Shown here piece by piece: positions 9,069-19,188 of a stretch of DNA of 64,000 nt; position 1 is the first letter of the stretch; every line of letters begins with the position of its first letter. The notes beneath the pieces were generated by a model, which did no database searches, had not been told where the DNA came from, and saw only the letters and a list, made by a program, of their open reading frames with translations. This stretch comes from an uncultured bacterium (lineage in GTDB: Bacteria > Verrucomicrobiota > Kiritimatiellia > CAIKKV01 > CAITUY01): the NCBI GenBank assembly GCA_903895695.1, contig CAITUY010000042.1:879-64878 (forward strand). The letters are read 5' to 3'. A program made the translations under genes and the position numbers.

Positions 9069-10796
9069 TTAGTCCGGGATCGCCCTCTCCAGCCGCCGCA
9101 GGATGCCGTCGGGTTCGGCGATACCGAGTCCGGCGATCTCATCAGCGCGGGCCTGGGTATCCGCCAGGGCGTAGATTCTCAACTCGTCGGCATTCCCGGA
9201 CGGGCGGATGTGCGCCACTTCGCCGTTACTGAAGTGAATACGGACTCCGTCGGTGTAGTCGATCCGGGTGGTGGTGGCAAACCCGAGTGCCGGCGTGAAG
9301 TAGTTCGTCAACGAGTCGCGCAAGCGCTCTGCCCATTCCATCTGCAAGTCGGGCGCGGGCAACTCGTGCCGTTCGGCATCCAGGAAGCCGATCTTTCCGT
9401 CGCCGAAGACCACCTGCCGGATGGTATCTGCGGAGGGCGAGAAGCGCCTGACAATCTGGCGCCCCTTGGCACTTGGGAAGTTGCGCAGCAGTGCGGAACG
9501 GCCGAAACGCTTGGGCAGCGTACCGAACAGTCCGACCAGCGAAAGCCGCGCCTTGCGCATGGCGAACAGCACGCACAAGATTGGCAGCAGCGCATCGCGC
9601 GTCGGCAAGGCCTTCAGGACGTGGCCCGCGTTCTCGATGTCGGAGCCCACAAAGAAGCCGCCGTTGGCTTCCCACCCGCAGACGGCCCGTTTGCCCTTCT
9701 TCCGGGCCGCTTCCATGCCGGCGATCACGTAAGGCGACCCGATCCGCGTCTTCGGTTCGACCACATCCTTCAGACGCCCCCGGTCCACGGCGTCGTTGCA
9801 GTTGACCGGCACGACGACGGCGTCTGCCCCCAGGTACTCGGCTACCAGCATGCCGACCAGATCCCCGGCAAAAAATCGGACCCGGCCGTTTTCGACGCCC
9901 AGGATCAAAGGCCGATCGCTGTCGCCGTCCGTGGAAACCACGGCGTCAATATCCCCCGCCTGCGCGGCCAGGGCCTGGATGGCCGCCAGGCGTTCGGCGT
10001 CGATGTTTTCGGTATCGATGGGCACGAAGGTGTCGCTGCGCCCGGCCGTGATGACCGTGGCGCCGAACGATTGCAGCACCTCCACCAGCAGATCGCGTCC
10101 CACCGCCGAATGCTGGTACACGAGCAGCCGCAGGCCCTTCAGGGCCTGCCCGGCAAAGAAACCGGTGTAACGCCGGCAGTAATGCTCGCGGCCGGCGCTG
10201 GACACAGGGGAGAGTTCCTGGTGACCTGCCTTGAACAGCCCCCGCTCGTTGAAGAGCGACTCCGCCAGCGGCTGATCGTAGATCCGTTTGCGGACCTGCT
10301 CCACGCGCGCGCCGATCGGAAGCTCGTCCTTCTTGAGCAATTCGCTCTTGGTGGTGTAGGTCTTGTAGCCGTTCCGGTCAAAGGGGATGTGGCTGCCGGT
10401 CACCATCATGCAACCCCGGCCGCGTTCAAGCGCGTAGGATGCCAGGGCCGGCGTGGGAATCGGGCCGAGGTTGACCGCCTTCTGGCCCGCATCGCGGATG
10501 GCGCGCTCGACAGCCTGCGCCAACTCGCCCCGCCCCTGCCATTCGGGCACAAACTGCGTCGAACTGGGACGCAGGTCATGGGCGAAAAAGAACTCGTCTC
10601 CCTTGCGGATTCCGCCCTCCTCCACTGGAAGCGACTGCAGGTGCTCGAGTTCCGCCAATGCGGTGAGGTAGAGCTCGAGTTGGGTCAGATGGACGACTTC
10701 ACCGCGCCGTCCGCTGGTTCCGAAGCGCAAGACCTGGGGCTCATAGTCGAGACCGGCCCTGAGAGATTCTCCCGCGTGTGATTGCCCGGATTGCAT
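9069..10796 (-). CDS. Phosphoglucomutase/phosphomannomutase-family protein (second, divergent paralog).
   Basis: FGTSGRRGEV N-terminal motif and variant phosphoserine loop TGSHIPFDRNGYK. Start set to in-frame ATG at 10796 (MQSGQSHAG); the track ORF extends upstream into the preceding gene through an R/P-rich junk leader. Confidence 0.7.
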   Translation of the reverse strand: MQSGQSHAGESLRAGLDYEPQVLRFGTSGRRGEVVHLTQLELYLTALAELEHLQSLPVEEGGIRKGDEFFFAHDLRPSSTQFVPEWQGRGELAQAVERAIRDAGQKAVNLGPIPTPALASYALERGRGCMMVTGSHIPFDRNGYKTYTTKSELLKKDELPIGARVEQVRKRIYDQPLAESLFNERGLFKAGHQELSPVSSAGREHYCRRYTGFFAGQALKGLRLLVYQHSAVGRDLLVEVLQSFGATVITAGRSDTFVPIDTENIDAERLAAIQALAAQAGDIDAVVSTDGDSDRPLILGVENGRVRFFAGDLVGMLVAEYLGADAVVVPVNCNDAVDRGRLKDVVEPKTRIGSPYVIAGMEAARKKGKRAVCGWEANGGFFVGSDIENAGHVLKALPTRDALLPILCVLFAMRKARLSLVGLFGTLPKRFGRSALLRNFPSAKGRQIVRRFSPSADTIRQVVFGDGKIGFLDAERHELPAPDLQMEWAERLRDSLTNYFTPALGFATTTRIDYTDGVRIHFSNGEVAHIRPSGNADELRIYALADTQARADEIAGLGIAEPDGILRRLERAIPD

Positions 10797-10861
10797 TTCG
10801 GTAACGTATCTTGTCGAAGTTGCGAACGCAAGAAGTTGGCGGGAACGCGGCAAGCGCCGTG

Positions 10862-12019
10862 TCACATCACGCTGCTGTACGCTTCGAGCAGGCGATCGGC
10901 CTGCTTCACGCTGTCGAACTCGGCTTCGGCGCGGACGCGGCCGGCGCGGGCCAGTCGCTCGCACTCTCCCGGGTTGTCGAGCAGGCGGCGCATCGCGCCG
11001 GCCAGCGCCAGGAAATCGGACGGCGGCACGAGCAGCGCGGCATCGCCCACGACCTCGGGGATGGAACCATGCAGCGTTGTAATGACGGGCGTGCCCGAAG
11101 CTTGGGCCTCGGCCAACACGTAACCGAACTGCTCCAGCCAACCGGGGCGCGCCGTGGAGCCCAGCAGGAAGACATCGGCGACGTTGTATGCCGTGGGCAT
11201 CCGGTCGTACGGGAAGCGGGTAAACGTCACGCGGTCGGCAAGGCCGATCCGCTCCGCCAGCGCGCGCAATCGCGGCTCCTCCGGACCGGATCCGGCAAAG
11301 ATGAGTTTCAGGGGCCGATTCGTGACATCCAGCGTGAGGCGCTTGAACGCGTGCAGGATATCGTAGACGCCCTTTTCCCATCGAAGGGCCGCGACCGACA
11401 CGAAGACAAAATCATCTCCCGTGAGCCCCAGTCGCTTAAGCTCCTCGGCCGGCTTGGCGCGCGGCTGGAAGCGTTCCAGGTTGATGCCCGGGGCTTGAAT
11501 ACGGATCTTCCGGGCATCGGCACCCTCGAGTTCCAGGCACCGGGCCGCGCGCGGCGTGATGGCCAGCAGCAAGTCCGCGGCCCGCAACACCTCGTACTTC
11601 ATGCGGCGCTTGGCGGCAAAGCGTTCGGCGGCGTAGGGCCGATTCTCCCAGGCGGTGATCACCAGGCGAGTACCGTAGCGCTGCTTGGCCCGCATCGCCT
11701 GCCACGAGAACGCGTTGAACGTCTCCATGGTGTGCGCGATGTCGCAACCCGACAACGCCTTCTCCAACCCGAAGTGATAATAGTCCATGCCGTTGGTGGC
11801 CTGGAGCAGGAGGTCAAAATAGAAGCCCAGTTTCGGGCTGATCACCGTGACCGGATCATCGATGCAGCGCAGGTGCTTGATTGGCACGCGCAGGGTCTTG
11901 GTGGGGAAACGATTGATGCGGATGTGGTACGCCTCAAAGTCCACCCGATCCAGCAAGTGCTCGATCGTCTGGATCTCGAACTGCGACAGATATGCTCCGC
12001 GAATCAGGCCGACTTTCAT
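10862..12019 (-). CDS. GT4-family glycosyltransferase.
   Basis: GYVLAEAQASGTPVITTLHGSIPEVVGDAALLV is a GT4 C-terminal catalytic motif. Start trimmed to ATG 12019 (MKVGLIRG). Confidence 0.8.
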   Translation of the reverse strand: MKVGLIRGAYLSQFEIQTIEHLLDRVDFEAYHIRINRFPTKTLRVPIKHLRCIDDPVTVISPKLGFYFDLLLQATNGMDYYHFGLEKALSGCDIAHTMETFNAFSWQAMRAKQRYGTRLVITAWENRPYAAERFAAKRRMKYEVLRAADLLLAITPRAARCLELEGADARKIRIQAPGINLERFQPRAKPAEELKRLGLTGDDFVFVSVAALRWEKGVYDILHAFKRLTLDVTNRPLKLIFAGSGPEEPRLRALAERIGLADRVTFTRFPYDRMPTAYNVADVFLLGSTARPGWLEQFGYVLAEAQASGTPVITTLHGSIPEVVGDAALLVPPSDFLALAGAMRRLLDNPGECERLARAGRVRAEAEFDSVKQADRLLEAYSSVM

Positions 12020-12085
12020 GCCATCGTCTCTTCCCTTGTGTCGCCGCATCGTACACGGCGGCCGCAAGTTTTCCAAGGGTAATGC

Positions 12086-12335
12086 CCGGTTTGAGTTCTT
12101 GGTTCGTGGTTCTTCGTTCTTGGTTCTTTGCCTTTAGAGCCTATCCGAAAACCTTCCTGCCACAGGGAGCGGAGCTGCTTCCGGCTCCGGCCCTTCGATG
12201 GCACTCAGGGCAGGCCGGCGCGGGAAGCCGCGCCGCTCCGCAAGAGGCAAACAGGTATTCAGATAGGCTCTCGTCGGGCTCGCCAACCGCGAACAAAGAA
12301 CCAGAAACCAAGAACAATGAAACACGAACCGCCCT
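12086..12335. repeat. Imperfect long inverted repeat. Arms are built from degenerate GGTTCTT/AAGAACC heptamer runs (about 12092-12146 versus about 12263-12332) flanking about 115 bp, inside a 318-bp non-coding gap in an otherwise overlapping gene array.
   Basis: Direct reading: left arm ttgagttcttggttcgtggttcttcgttcttggttctttgcctttagagcctatc; right arm gataggctctcg...gaacaaagaaccagaaaccaagaacaatgaaacacgaacc. agagcctatc/gataggctct pair exactly; the heptamer arrays pair imperfectly. Confidence 0.5.
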
Positions 12336-12337
12336 CG

Positions 12338-12874
12338 TCACCGCGGAGCCCGAATAGCCGCCTCCGGCGGCCGCACCTCGGCCCCGGCGGGGACGTCGCG
12401 CGTGACGATGCTGCCGGGATGGATCACGGCGCCTTCCCCGATCGTTACGCCCTTGAGAATCATCGCGCGGCAACCGATCCGGACGTTATCGCCGATGGTC
12501 ACGACCCGGTTCACCAGGGGGCGTCCGCCGACGCTGTGCAGATCGGTATCCATCACGAGCGCGTCCCACCCGAGATAGACGTTCTTCCCGATCGTCACCC
12601 GCGCCCACGCGACGATCTCGACTCCCGCGTCCAGCACCGTGCCGTCCCCGATGGCCAGTTCGCCCCCCTTGTGGGCCCACAGGCGGGTGCCGGCGGCGAG
12701 AAAGACGCGACCCAGCAGCATCCTGCCGGCCTCATTGATGACGAGAGGCGGCGGCGATCCGGAGCCGAACGTCACCTTCGATAGGTCCACGACGCCGCGC
12801 GCGCGCTTGAACCGGAACCGCGACGGCCGGCACTGGGCATCGGGAAGAAGCGGGAAAAGCGTCTCTGTACTCAT
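12338..12874 (-). CDS. Hexapeptide-repeat acyltransferase.
   Basis: GDNVRIGCRAMILKGVTIGEGAVIHPGSIVTRDVPAGAEV LbH motif. ATG at 12874 overlapping the upstream stop. Confidence 0.75.
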   Translation of the reverse strand: MSTETLFPLLPDAQCRPSRFRFKRARGVVDLSKVTFGSGSPPPLVINEAGRMLLGRVFLAAGTRLWAHKGGELAIGDGTVLDAGVEIVAWARVTIGKNVYLGWDALVMDTDLHSVGGRPLVNRVVTIGDNVRIGCRAMILKGVTIGEGAVIHPGSIVTRDVPAGAEVRPPEAAIRAPR

Positions 12875-13410
12875 GTGGCCACCTGTGCCGCCTTGCCGGC
12901 GATGATTGATCCCGCGGGGAATTCCCCTTGCACCACACTGCCGGCAGCCACGACGCAGCCCCGCCCCAGGACCGTGCCGCCCAGGATCACGGCGCGGCTA
13001 CCGACCCACACCTCATCTTCCAACACCACCGGCACGAAGGGCGAGGCGGCGTCAAACCCGGTGGCATCCGTGATGATCGTCTGCCAGGACACCATGCAGT
13101 TCCGGCCCAGCCGCACGGCCTGGCCGGAGAATACCCGGGCCTGCCGGTTAAGAAACGTGCCGTCGCCCACGGCAATCCGACCGTCGCCGCGACAGTGCAG
13201 CCGGACGCCCGGATAGAGTCCCACGTGCCCCAACTCAATCCGGCCGTGCCCGGCACGGATGTCCGGCCGCGGCCAGCCGCGCACCCACGCCACCGGGCCG
13301 GACCCGGTTCGCCGCCCCGGCAACAATACCCCCAACAGATAGGCGACAGGCGAGTAGTTCCGCTCTCCCGAGCGGAGGACGCGCAAGAAGGACAGGACGC
13401 GTTGTTTCAT
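12871..13410 (-). CDS. Hexapeptide-repeat acyltransferase (tandem paralog of the previous gene).
   Basis: GSRAVILGGTVLGRGCVVAAGSVVQGEFPAGSIIAGKAA LbH motif. ATGA overlap with GT4 gene at 13407-13410. Confidence 0.7.
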   Translation of the reverse strand: MKQRVLSFLRVLRSGERNYSPVAYLLGVLLPGRRTGSGPVAWVRGWPRPDIRAGHGRIELGHVGLYPGVRLHCRGDGRIAVGDGTFLNRQARVFSGQAVRLGRNCMVSWQTIITDATGFDAASPFVPVVLEDEVWVGSRAVILGGTVLGRGCVVAAGSVVQGEFPAGSIIAGKAAQVAT

Positions 13411-14588
13411 TTTCGCTGAACGACCTCATCCAATGCCGCATTCAGCTTATCGCCGATCACCGACCAATCGAAATGACGGCGAACGAATTCCAGTCCGGCG
13501 CGGGCCAGCGAGTCTGCCAGCGCCGGTTCGGCCAGCACCCTCAAGACAGCCGCCCCAAACTCGATGGGGCCATCGGCCAGCAGCAGTTCGCGGCCATGCT
13601 CCACGGGAATCCCCTCAGCGCCCAGGCGCGTCGAAACCACCGGGACACCCGCCGCGAACGCTTCGACGATCTTGAACCGCGTGCCGCCGCCCATTCTCAG
13701 GGGCACCGCAAACACCGATGACTGCCACATGAACGGCCTCACGTCGTCAACATAGCCCGTCACCGCCACATTGGCCGACTGGTAGGCGACGATCGAAGGC
13801 GGCGGCCGCCCGCCGACCACCGTGAAATGGAAATTCGGCCGCACGGATCGGATCAACCCCATGACGTCCCGCAAGAAGAAGAGCACTCCGTCCTCATTTG
13901 GAAAATAATGCGTGGCGCCGACGAATACGGCGGTATCGGGCTTGCGCGGACCGTCGGGACGCGTGAAATGCCCGCAATCCACACCATTGGTAATAGTCGC
14001 CGTGCGGATTCCCGCCTCGTGCCGCCGCAGCACCTCGCCGTCCCGTTCCGATGTCACCAGCGTCAGGGCCGCGCGGCGGGCCGCGGCGAGTTCCTCGCGG
14101 CGGAACTTGGCCGCCTCGATCCGGTTGAACGCCTTGCGGAACATGCCGCTCTCGCGGGCCGCCATCCGGTCAAGCAGGTCGAACTCCACGTTGTGTTCAT
14201 CCAGCACGACGGGAACGCCCGCCGGAAACCGGAACCCTGTCATTTGGGAGAACTCCACGAGAATCAGGTCAATGCCCTGCTCACCGACCAACCGGTCGAG
14301 AGCCGCCTGCATCGCGCGGTTGTAATGGAAGCGCAGCTGGAACGACTGCGCCGTGAACAGCGAATGCAGTTGCTGGCGGCGTTTGTCGCCGACGATGCGC
14401 GGAACCACGTTGATTGTCTTGCAGAAGGGCTCGAGTCCGCGGGGATCGCCCGCCCCCGCCTCCTCACGGTAAGTGAGAAGATGCACGGCATGGCGCCGGC
14501 TGAGTTGGCGGATGAGATGATAGATTCGGACCGAGCCGCCGAAGTTGGGCGGATACGGCACGTACGGAGTCATGACGAGAATATTCAT
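13407..14588 (-). CDS. GT4-family glycosyltransferase.
   Basis: N-terminus MNILVMTPYVPYPPNFGGSVRIYHL is typical of GT4 (GT-B) enzymes. 393 aa. Confidence 0.8.
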   Translation of the reverse strand: MNILVMTPYVPYPPNFGGSVRIYHLIRQLSRRHAVHLLTYREEAGAGDPRGLEPFCKTINVVPRIVGDKRRQQLHSLFTAQSFQLRFHYNRAMQAALDRLVGEQGIDLILVEFSQMTGFRFPAGVPVVLDEHNVEFDLLDRMAARESGMFRKAFNRIEAAKFRREELAAARRAALTLVTSERDGEVLRRHEAGIRTATITNGVDCGHFTRPDGPRKPDTAVFVGATHYFPNEDGVLFFLRDVMGLIRSVRPNFHFTVVGGRPPPSIVAYQSANVAVTGYVDDVRPFMWQSSVFAVPLRMGGGTRFKIVEAFAAGVPVVSTRLGAEGIPVEHGRELLLADGPIEFGAAVLRVLAEPALADSLARAGLEFVRRHFDWSVIGDKLNAALDEVVQRK

Positions 14589-14655
14589 AGTGCCTTCCGA
14601 ACTAAGTCACTGCGAGATGTGGACTTAACCATGAAGGGCACAAAGGCGACAAGCA

Positions 14656-17097
14656 TCATGCGTCCCCGCTTTGCTTCGTGTTCTTCGTGACCTTCGTGGT
14701 GGAACCCGAGGGAGCGGCACCCGCCAACTCCAGGTAAACCTGTTCGATGGCGCGTATCTGGCTGGCGGCACTGAAACGCCGCACCACGTTGGCCCGGGCC
14801 GCCGCGCCGACGCGTGCGCGCAGCGCCGGATCACGAACCAGATCCAGCAGGATCGCGGCCAGGGCCGCATCGTCGCGGACGGGAAAGAGGTAGCCATCCT
14901 CGCCGTGCGTAATGATCTCCGGGATGCCGCCGGCGCGCGTACCGACGACCGGCTTCCCGCAGGCGGCGGCCTCAACCACGACCATCCCGAAGGCCTCGCG
15001 CAAGGCGGCGTCAACGACGACGTCCAACCCGTTGCATACAGCCGGCATATCGGTTCGCCGCCCGATGAACGCGGTGCGCTTCTCAATGCCCAGTTCCCGC
15101 GTCAAATCCTTCAGCTTCCCCAGGTAACCGGCATTGTTGCTGGAGATAGAATCGTCGCCCACGATCACGAAGAACGCGTATGCGTCCTGCGCCGCTACCC
15201 GGGCTGCGGCCCGCAGAAACGTCTCCTGGTCCTTTTCCGGCGACACGCGGCAGGTGGTGCCGATCAGCACCTTCTCGGGCGATGCCGCCAGCTCCTGTCG
15301 CAGCGACGAGGGCTTGCCGGGCGCGTATTCGTCCGTGTCCACGGAGTTGTGGATGACCCGGATGCGATCCATGGCCGGGCCCAGGGCGCGGACGAAATCC
15401 TGCTTCATATCGCCCGAATTGGCGATGATCGCCGCCGCATGGGACACCGCCCACCGATTACCCGGGTGGTCCACAAAGCGATCGCGGATATGATAGATGA
15501 ACGGTATCCCGGTCAGCCGGTGCAACAGCGACACAAGCATCACGGAGCGCTTCTTGTCCGAGCTGTGGATGACCTGAATGCCGGCCTGCCGGCAACGCCA
15601 GGCCAACCGCATGGCGGTCCATCCGAGCGGCACGACACTGGCAGCGTCCGCCGCTTTCGCACACCAACCCACGCAGGAGTCCTTGGCTTTGGTACCCGCC
15701 TCGATCGTCCAGATCGTCATCCCCGGAATGGCGCGGAACCGAGGCAGTAGCGCACCGTGACCGAGACAGGCCAGATGCACGTCGAACCGGGTCCGGTCCA
15801 GGGCGCGCAGGATCGTCTTGTGACTCCGGATCACGCCGCCCATCGCATCGTTCGTGTCGAGCAACAGGGTCTTGATACGGGGAGCGCCGCCCACGGCCGT
15901 CGGCACGGGAGCGGGTTCGCTGCGTTTGCGCGCCGTGGACCGGTAGACGGCCTCCATCGCGCGCGCCTGGGCTTCAATGCTGAAGCGACGCAGGACCGTG
16001 GCCCGCCCCGCGGCACCTAGGCGCGCCCTCAGGGCCGGGTCGCGCACCAGGTCCGTCAACAGATCCGCCAGGGCAGCCTCGTCGCGCACCGGGAACAGGA
16101 AGCCATCCTCGCCATGCGTGATGATCTCCGGAATGCCGCCGGCGCGCGTGCCGACGACCGGCTTCTCACACGCGGCCGCCTCTACCACGACCATACCGAA
16201 AGCCTCGCGCCAGGCCGTGTTCACCACGACATCCAGCCCGCCATAAATGTTGACCATGTCACCGCGGCATCCCAAAAAGTGCGCGTGCGACTCCAAACCC
16301 AGTTCGCGCACCAGGCGGTGCAGCATGGGAACGTAATCGGCATTATCGCTAAAGATGGAATCGTCGCCCGCCAGGACGAAGTGGGCACGATCGTCGCGGG
16401 CGACAACCCGCGCCGCCGCGCGAATGAACGTCTCCTGGCCCTTGTCGGGCGCCAGCCGGCTGACCACGCCGATCAGGACCTGGGCGGGAGTGATCTTAAG
16501 CTCAGCACGCAGGCTCGATGGCAGCCCGGGCGCGAACTCGTTCGTGTCCAGACCGTTGTAGACGACTTCAATGCGCTCCAGGTCGGGCCCCCGCTCGCGA
16601 ATGAAGTCGCGCTTCATGTCTTCGGAGTTGGCCACGACAGCCGCCGCCAGCCGCAGGGCGCGCCGATTGGCCGGGAAATCAACGTAGTTGTTGTGAATAT
16701 GGTAGATGAACGGAATGCCGGTCAGCCGATGCAACAGCGTGGTGAGGATCACGGCCCGTTTCTTGTCGGAAGTATGGATGACCTGGATGCCGGCGCGCCG
16801 GCACTGCCGGGCAAGGCCCAGGACGCTCCGGACGAATGGCACCAGGCTGGCCACGTCCGCCAGCTTGGCGCGCCAGCCGGACCCCAGCGCGCGCGGTTTT
16901 GTGCCGACTTCCATGGTCCACAGGGTGATATCCGGGATGGCCTGAAACTGCGGCAACACTTTCCCGTGATCGAGGCAGGCGAGGTACAGATCGAACTGAC
17001 GGCGGTCGAGCGTACGCAGCAGGTTAACATGCACGCGCACCACGCCGCCCATGGCGTCGTTTGTATCCAACAACAGGACTTTGATTCGCTCGCTCAT
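14656..17097 (-). CDS. Tandem double GT4 glycosyltransferase (two complete GT-B GT4 modules in one 813-aa polypeptide).
   Basis: Two near-identical halves: [12 protein letters not shown]... at both N-terminal positions, and [14 protein letters not shown][EG][21 protein letters not shown][FY]LF twice. The antisense junk ORFs are also duplicated, confirming a DNA-level tandem duplication. ATG at 17097 overlaps the upstream stop. Confidence 0.8.
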   Translation of the reverse strand: MSERIKVLLLDTNDAMGGVVRVHVNLLRTLDRRQFDLYLACLDHGKVLPQFQAIPDITLWTMEVGTKPRALGSGWRAKLADVASLVPFVRSVLGLARQCRRAGIQVIHTSDKKRAVILTTLLHRLTGIPFIYHIHNNYVDFPANRRALRLAAAVVANSEDMKRDFIRERGPDLERIEVVYNGLDTNEFAPGLPSSLRAELKITPAQVLIGVVSRLAPDKGQETFIRAAARVVARDDRAHFVLAGDDSIFSDNADYVPMLHRLVRELGLESHAHFLGCRGDMVNIYGGLDVVVNTAWREAFGMVVVEAAACEKPVVGTRAGGIPEIITHGEDGFLFPVRDEAALADLLTDLVRDPALRARLGAAGRATVLRRFSIEAQARAMEAVYRSTARKRSEPAPVPTAVGGAPRIKTLLLDTNDAMGGVIRSHKTILRALDRTRFDVHLACLGHGALLPRFRAIPGMTIWTIEAGTKAKDSCVGWCAKAADAASVVPLGWTAMRLAWRCRQAGIQVIHSSDKKRSVMLVSLLHRLTGIPFIYHIRDRFVDHPGNRWAVSHAAAIIANSGDMKQDFVRALGPAMDRIRVIHNSVDTDEYAPGKPSSLRQELAASPEKVLIGTTCRVSPEKDQETFLRAAARVAAQDAYAFFVIVGDDSISSNNAGYLGKLKDLTRELGIEKRTAFIGRRTDMPAVCNGLDVVVDAALREAFGMVVVEAAACGKPVVGTRAGGIPEIITHGEDGYLFPVRDDAALAAILLDLVRDPALRARVGAAARANVVRRFSAASQIRAIEQVYLELAGAAPSGSTTKVTKNTKQSGDA

Positions 17098-17639
17098 TCG
17101 AACCACGGCTGGAACGAGAGGTCGTAACGCAAATCCCTGGCACGCTCTCCGATGACCTTGGCCGGCACGCCGCCGACCACGGCGTAGGCCGGCACGTCCT
17201 TGGTCACTACGGCGCCGGCGGCCACCACCGCGCCTTTCCCGATTGTCACGCCCGGCAGGATGGTCGCGCGGCTGCCCACCCAGGCGTGGTCCTCAATCAC
17301 GATCGGCTTGTCCTCGACCCCGAAGTCCGGGGCATCCTTGAGATGATTGGAGGTGATCAGCATCACCTCGGGCGAGAGGCTGACGTTGTTGCCGATCCGC
17401 AGGCCGCCGCGACCATCCAGGGTACAACGGCGGTTGATAATCGTGTGGTCGCCAACAATCATCGGCTGCGGATTGCGCCCGAAGGGCCGGTAGAAATACC
17501 AGAAGCACCCCATCAGGACCGAGGCGTCACGACCGAGGCGCACACCGACCACGTGCCGGTACCAGGCGTGCCGGATGGCATAGAAGGGAATGTGACAGAT
17601 GATGTGGTTCGTCCAATAGGCCAGCAACTTGGCGATCAT
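17094..17639 (-). CDS. Hexapeptide-repeat acyltransferase (WcaF/CysE-like, with an N-terminal helical extension).
   Basis: C-terminal LbH repeats [45 protein letters not shown]. Start trimmed to ATG 17639 (MIAKLL), which forms an ATGA overlap with wzx; the upstream part of the track ORF is R/G-rich junk. Confidence 0.75.
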   Translation of the reverse strand: MIAKLLAYWTNHIICHIPFYAIRHAWYRHVVGVRLGRDASVLMGCFWYFYRPFGRNPQPMIVGDHTIINRRCTLDGRGGLRIGNNVSLSPEVMLITSNHLKDAPDFGVEDKPIVIEDHAWVGSRATILPGVTIGKGAVVAAGAVVTKDVPAYAVVGGVPAKVIGERARDLRYDLSFQPWFE

Positions 17640-19144
17640 GCAGCCCCCTTCCGTGCGGATTTGAGTGCGTGCAGCATATGGTGCAGGTCCTCGCGGGGGA
17701 CCACGCCGATCAGCAACGCCACCGGCAGGTAGAACGCCCCGCCCGCGACGATCAGCAGGACCAGGTTCGAGCTGCCCCACGCGCGCAGCAGCACCACCAT
17801 GGTTATGCCGACTGCCAGGGCCTTGAGCCCGCACACGACGTTACGCCGGCTGAACACGCCCTTGGGCATCAGCCAAAGCGCGCCGAACATCATGAGCACC
17901 TCGGTCAGCAGTGTGGCCGCCGACGCGCCGATACCGCCGTTACCCCATAGCCGCTGTGTGAAGGGAATGGCCCACAGGTTGAGCAGCGGATTGAAGACCG
18001 CGGCAGCCACCGCCATGCCGGCCCAGGGCTTTTCCTTGCCGCGCGCGATCAACGCCGTGCCCAGGACCACGTCAATGCAGACCAGCAGGATGGAGGCGCC
18101 CAGCACCTCCAGATTGGGGCCGGCCTGCATGAAGGGCCCCGGTCCATAGAGCAGACGCACGAAGGGTCGGGCGACGGCGATGGTACCCGCCGCCACCGGT
18201 ACCGCGGCGAACAACAACAGGTTCATGAGCCGCTCTGAGGCGCGGCCGAAGGCCGCTTCATCCCCGGCGTCCGAGCCGAGCCGCATCATGGCCGGGAAGA
18301 TCGACGTCATCAGGATATTGGGGATGAACAGGAGCGTGCCGTAGAGCCGAGTTGCCGCGCCGTACCAGCCGACGACGGCGTCGCTGGTCATGAGCGACAG
18401 CATCAGCACATCGATCCGCACATAGATCTCCCCGAAAATCACCCACACCAGGAACGGGAGCCCGCCGAGAAAGACGCGCCGGATCAACACGCGGTCCCAC
18501 ACCGGGACGAAACGCTCGATGCGCTGCAGCCAGCCGAGCGCAATCAGAAACGCGGCCACGGAGGCCGCCGTATGTGCCCAGCACGCGGCCCTCAGGCCGT
18601 AGCCGTGTGCCAGGAAAAACCAGCACCCGAACGTGACGACGGCCTTCTCGGCAATGAGCGCCACGTTCGAGCCGACCATGGTCTCCAACCCCTGGAACAC
18701 GCCGCCGAGTGTCTGCGTGATGGCGCCCAGACACGTCCCGAGGCCGATAATGAGCACCGCCTCACGGGTGGCGGCGTCATAGGGCAGAACGAAAATCAAC
18801 GCCGACTGAAACGCAAAGACCGCCACGGCGAGCACCAGTTTAAGGGCGAAGACATTCCCGAGCAGTGCGCGCAAGGAGGTGCGGCGCCGCTGGTTCTCGG
18901 CGTCCGGCAGGTCCGGCGCAGGGTGCAGGACGGCCACCTCGCGCACCAGGAAGGTGTTCAGCCCCAGGTTGATGAACTGGCTGAAAATCATGCCGTAACT
19001 GAGGGCAAAAAACAGCTTGCCGAAGCTGGCGTCGCCGAGTTTTCGCGGCAGAATAACGAGCAGAAACCAGGAGAGCGTCCAGGTGACGAGTTGGCTCGCC
19101 GCCTGAATGGCGGTGTTCTTGAGCGCGCGCCGGGTTTTACTCAT
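17636..19144 (-). CDS. wzx: Polysaccharide-repeat-unit flippase (Wzx, MOP/MATE-like superfamily).
   Basis: About 12-14 TM helices. N-terminus [37 protein letters not shown] is the typical Wzx/polysaccharide-biosynthesis-protein start. ATG at 19144. Confidence 0.8.
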   Translation of the reverse strand: MSKTRRALKNTAIQAASQLVTWTLSWFLLVILPRKLGDASFGKLFFALSYGMIFSQFINLGLNTFLVREVAVLHPAPDLPDAENQRRRTSLRALLGNVFALKLVLAVAVFAFQSALIFVLPYDAATREAVLIIGLGTCLGAITQTLGGVFQGLETMVGSNVALIAEKAVVTFGCWFFLAHGYGLRAACWAHTAASVAAFLIALGWLQRIERFVPVWDRVLIRRVFLGGLPFLVWVIFGEIYVRIDVLMLSLMTSDAVVGWYGAATRLYGTLLFIPNILMTSIFPAMMRLGSDAGDEAAFGRASERLMNLLLFAAVPVAAGTIAVARPFVRLLYGPGPFMQAGPNLEVLGASILLVCIDVVLGTALIARGKEKPWAGMAVAAAVFNPLLNLWAIPFTQRLWGNGGIGASAATLLTEVLMMFGALWLMPKGVFSRRNVVCGLKALAVGITMVVLLRAWGSSNLVLLIVAGGAFYLPVALLIGVVPREDLHHMLHALKSARKGAA

Positions 19145-19188
19145 GGATGGCGTTCCCAATAGCAGAAAGGGGGCCGTGGCTCAACTGT

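Noticed and set aside
9210-10781. 523-aa plus-strand ORF antisense to the PGM/PMM-family gene.
   Set aside because: Arg/Gly/Pro-rich low-complexity translation typical of antisense frames in high-GC DNA. No motifs. The opposite strand encodes a protein with clear phosphohexomutase signatures.
10811-12082. 423-aa plus-strand ORF antisense to the GT4 gene.
   Set aside because: Same high-GC antisense artefact. The minus-strand product has GT4 catalytic motifs.
14671-17127. Two long plus-strand ORFs (359 aa and 337 aa) antisense to the tandem GT4 gene, plus duplicated small ORFs ([15 protein letters not shown]...).
   Set aside because: Compositionally biased. Their duplication simply mirrors the DNA duplication of the real minus-strand gene.
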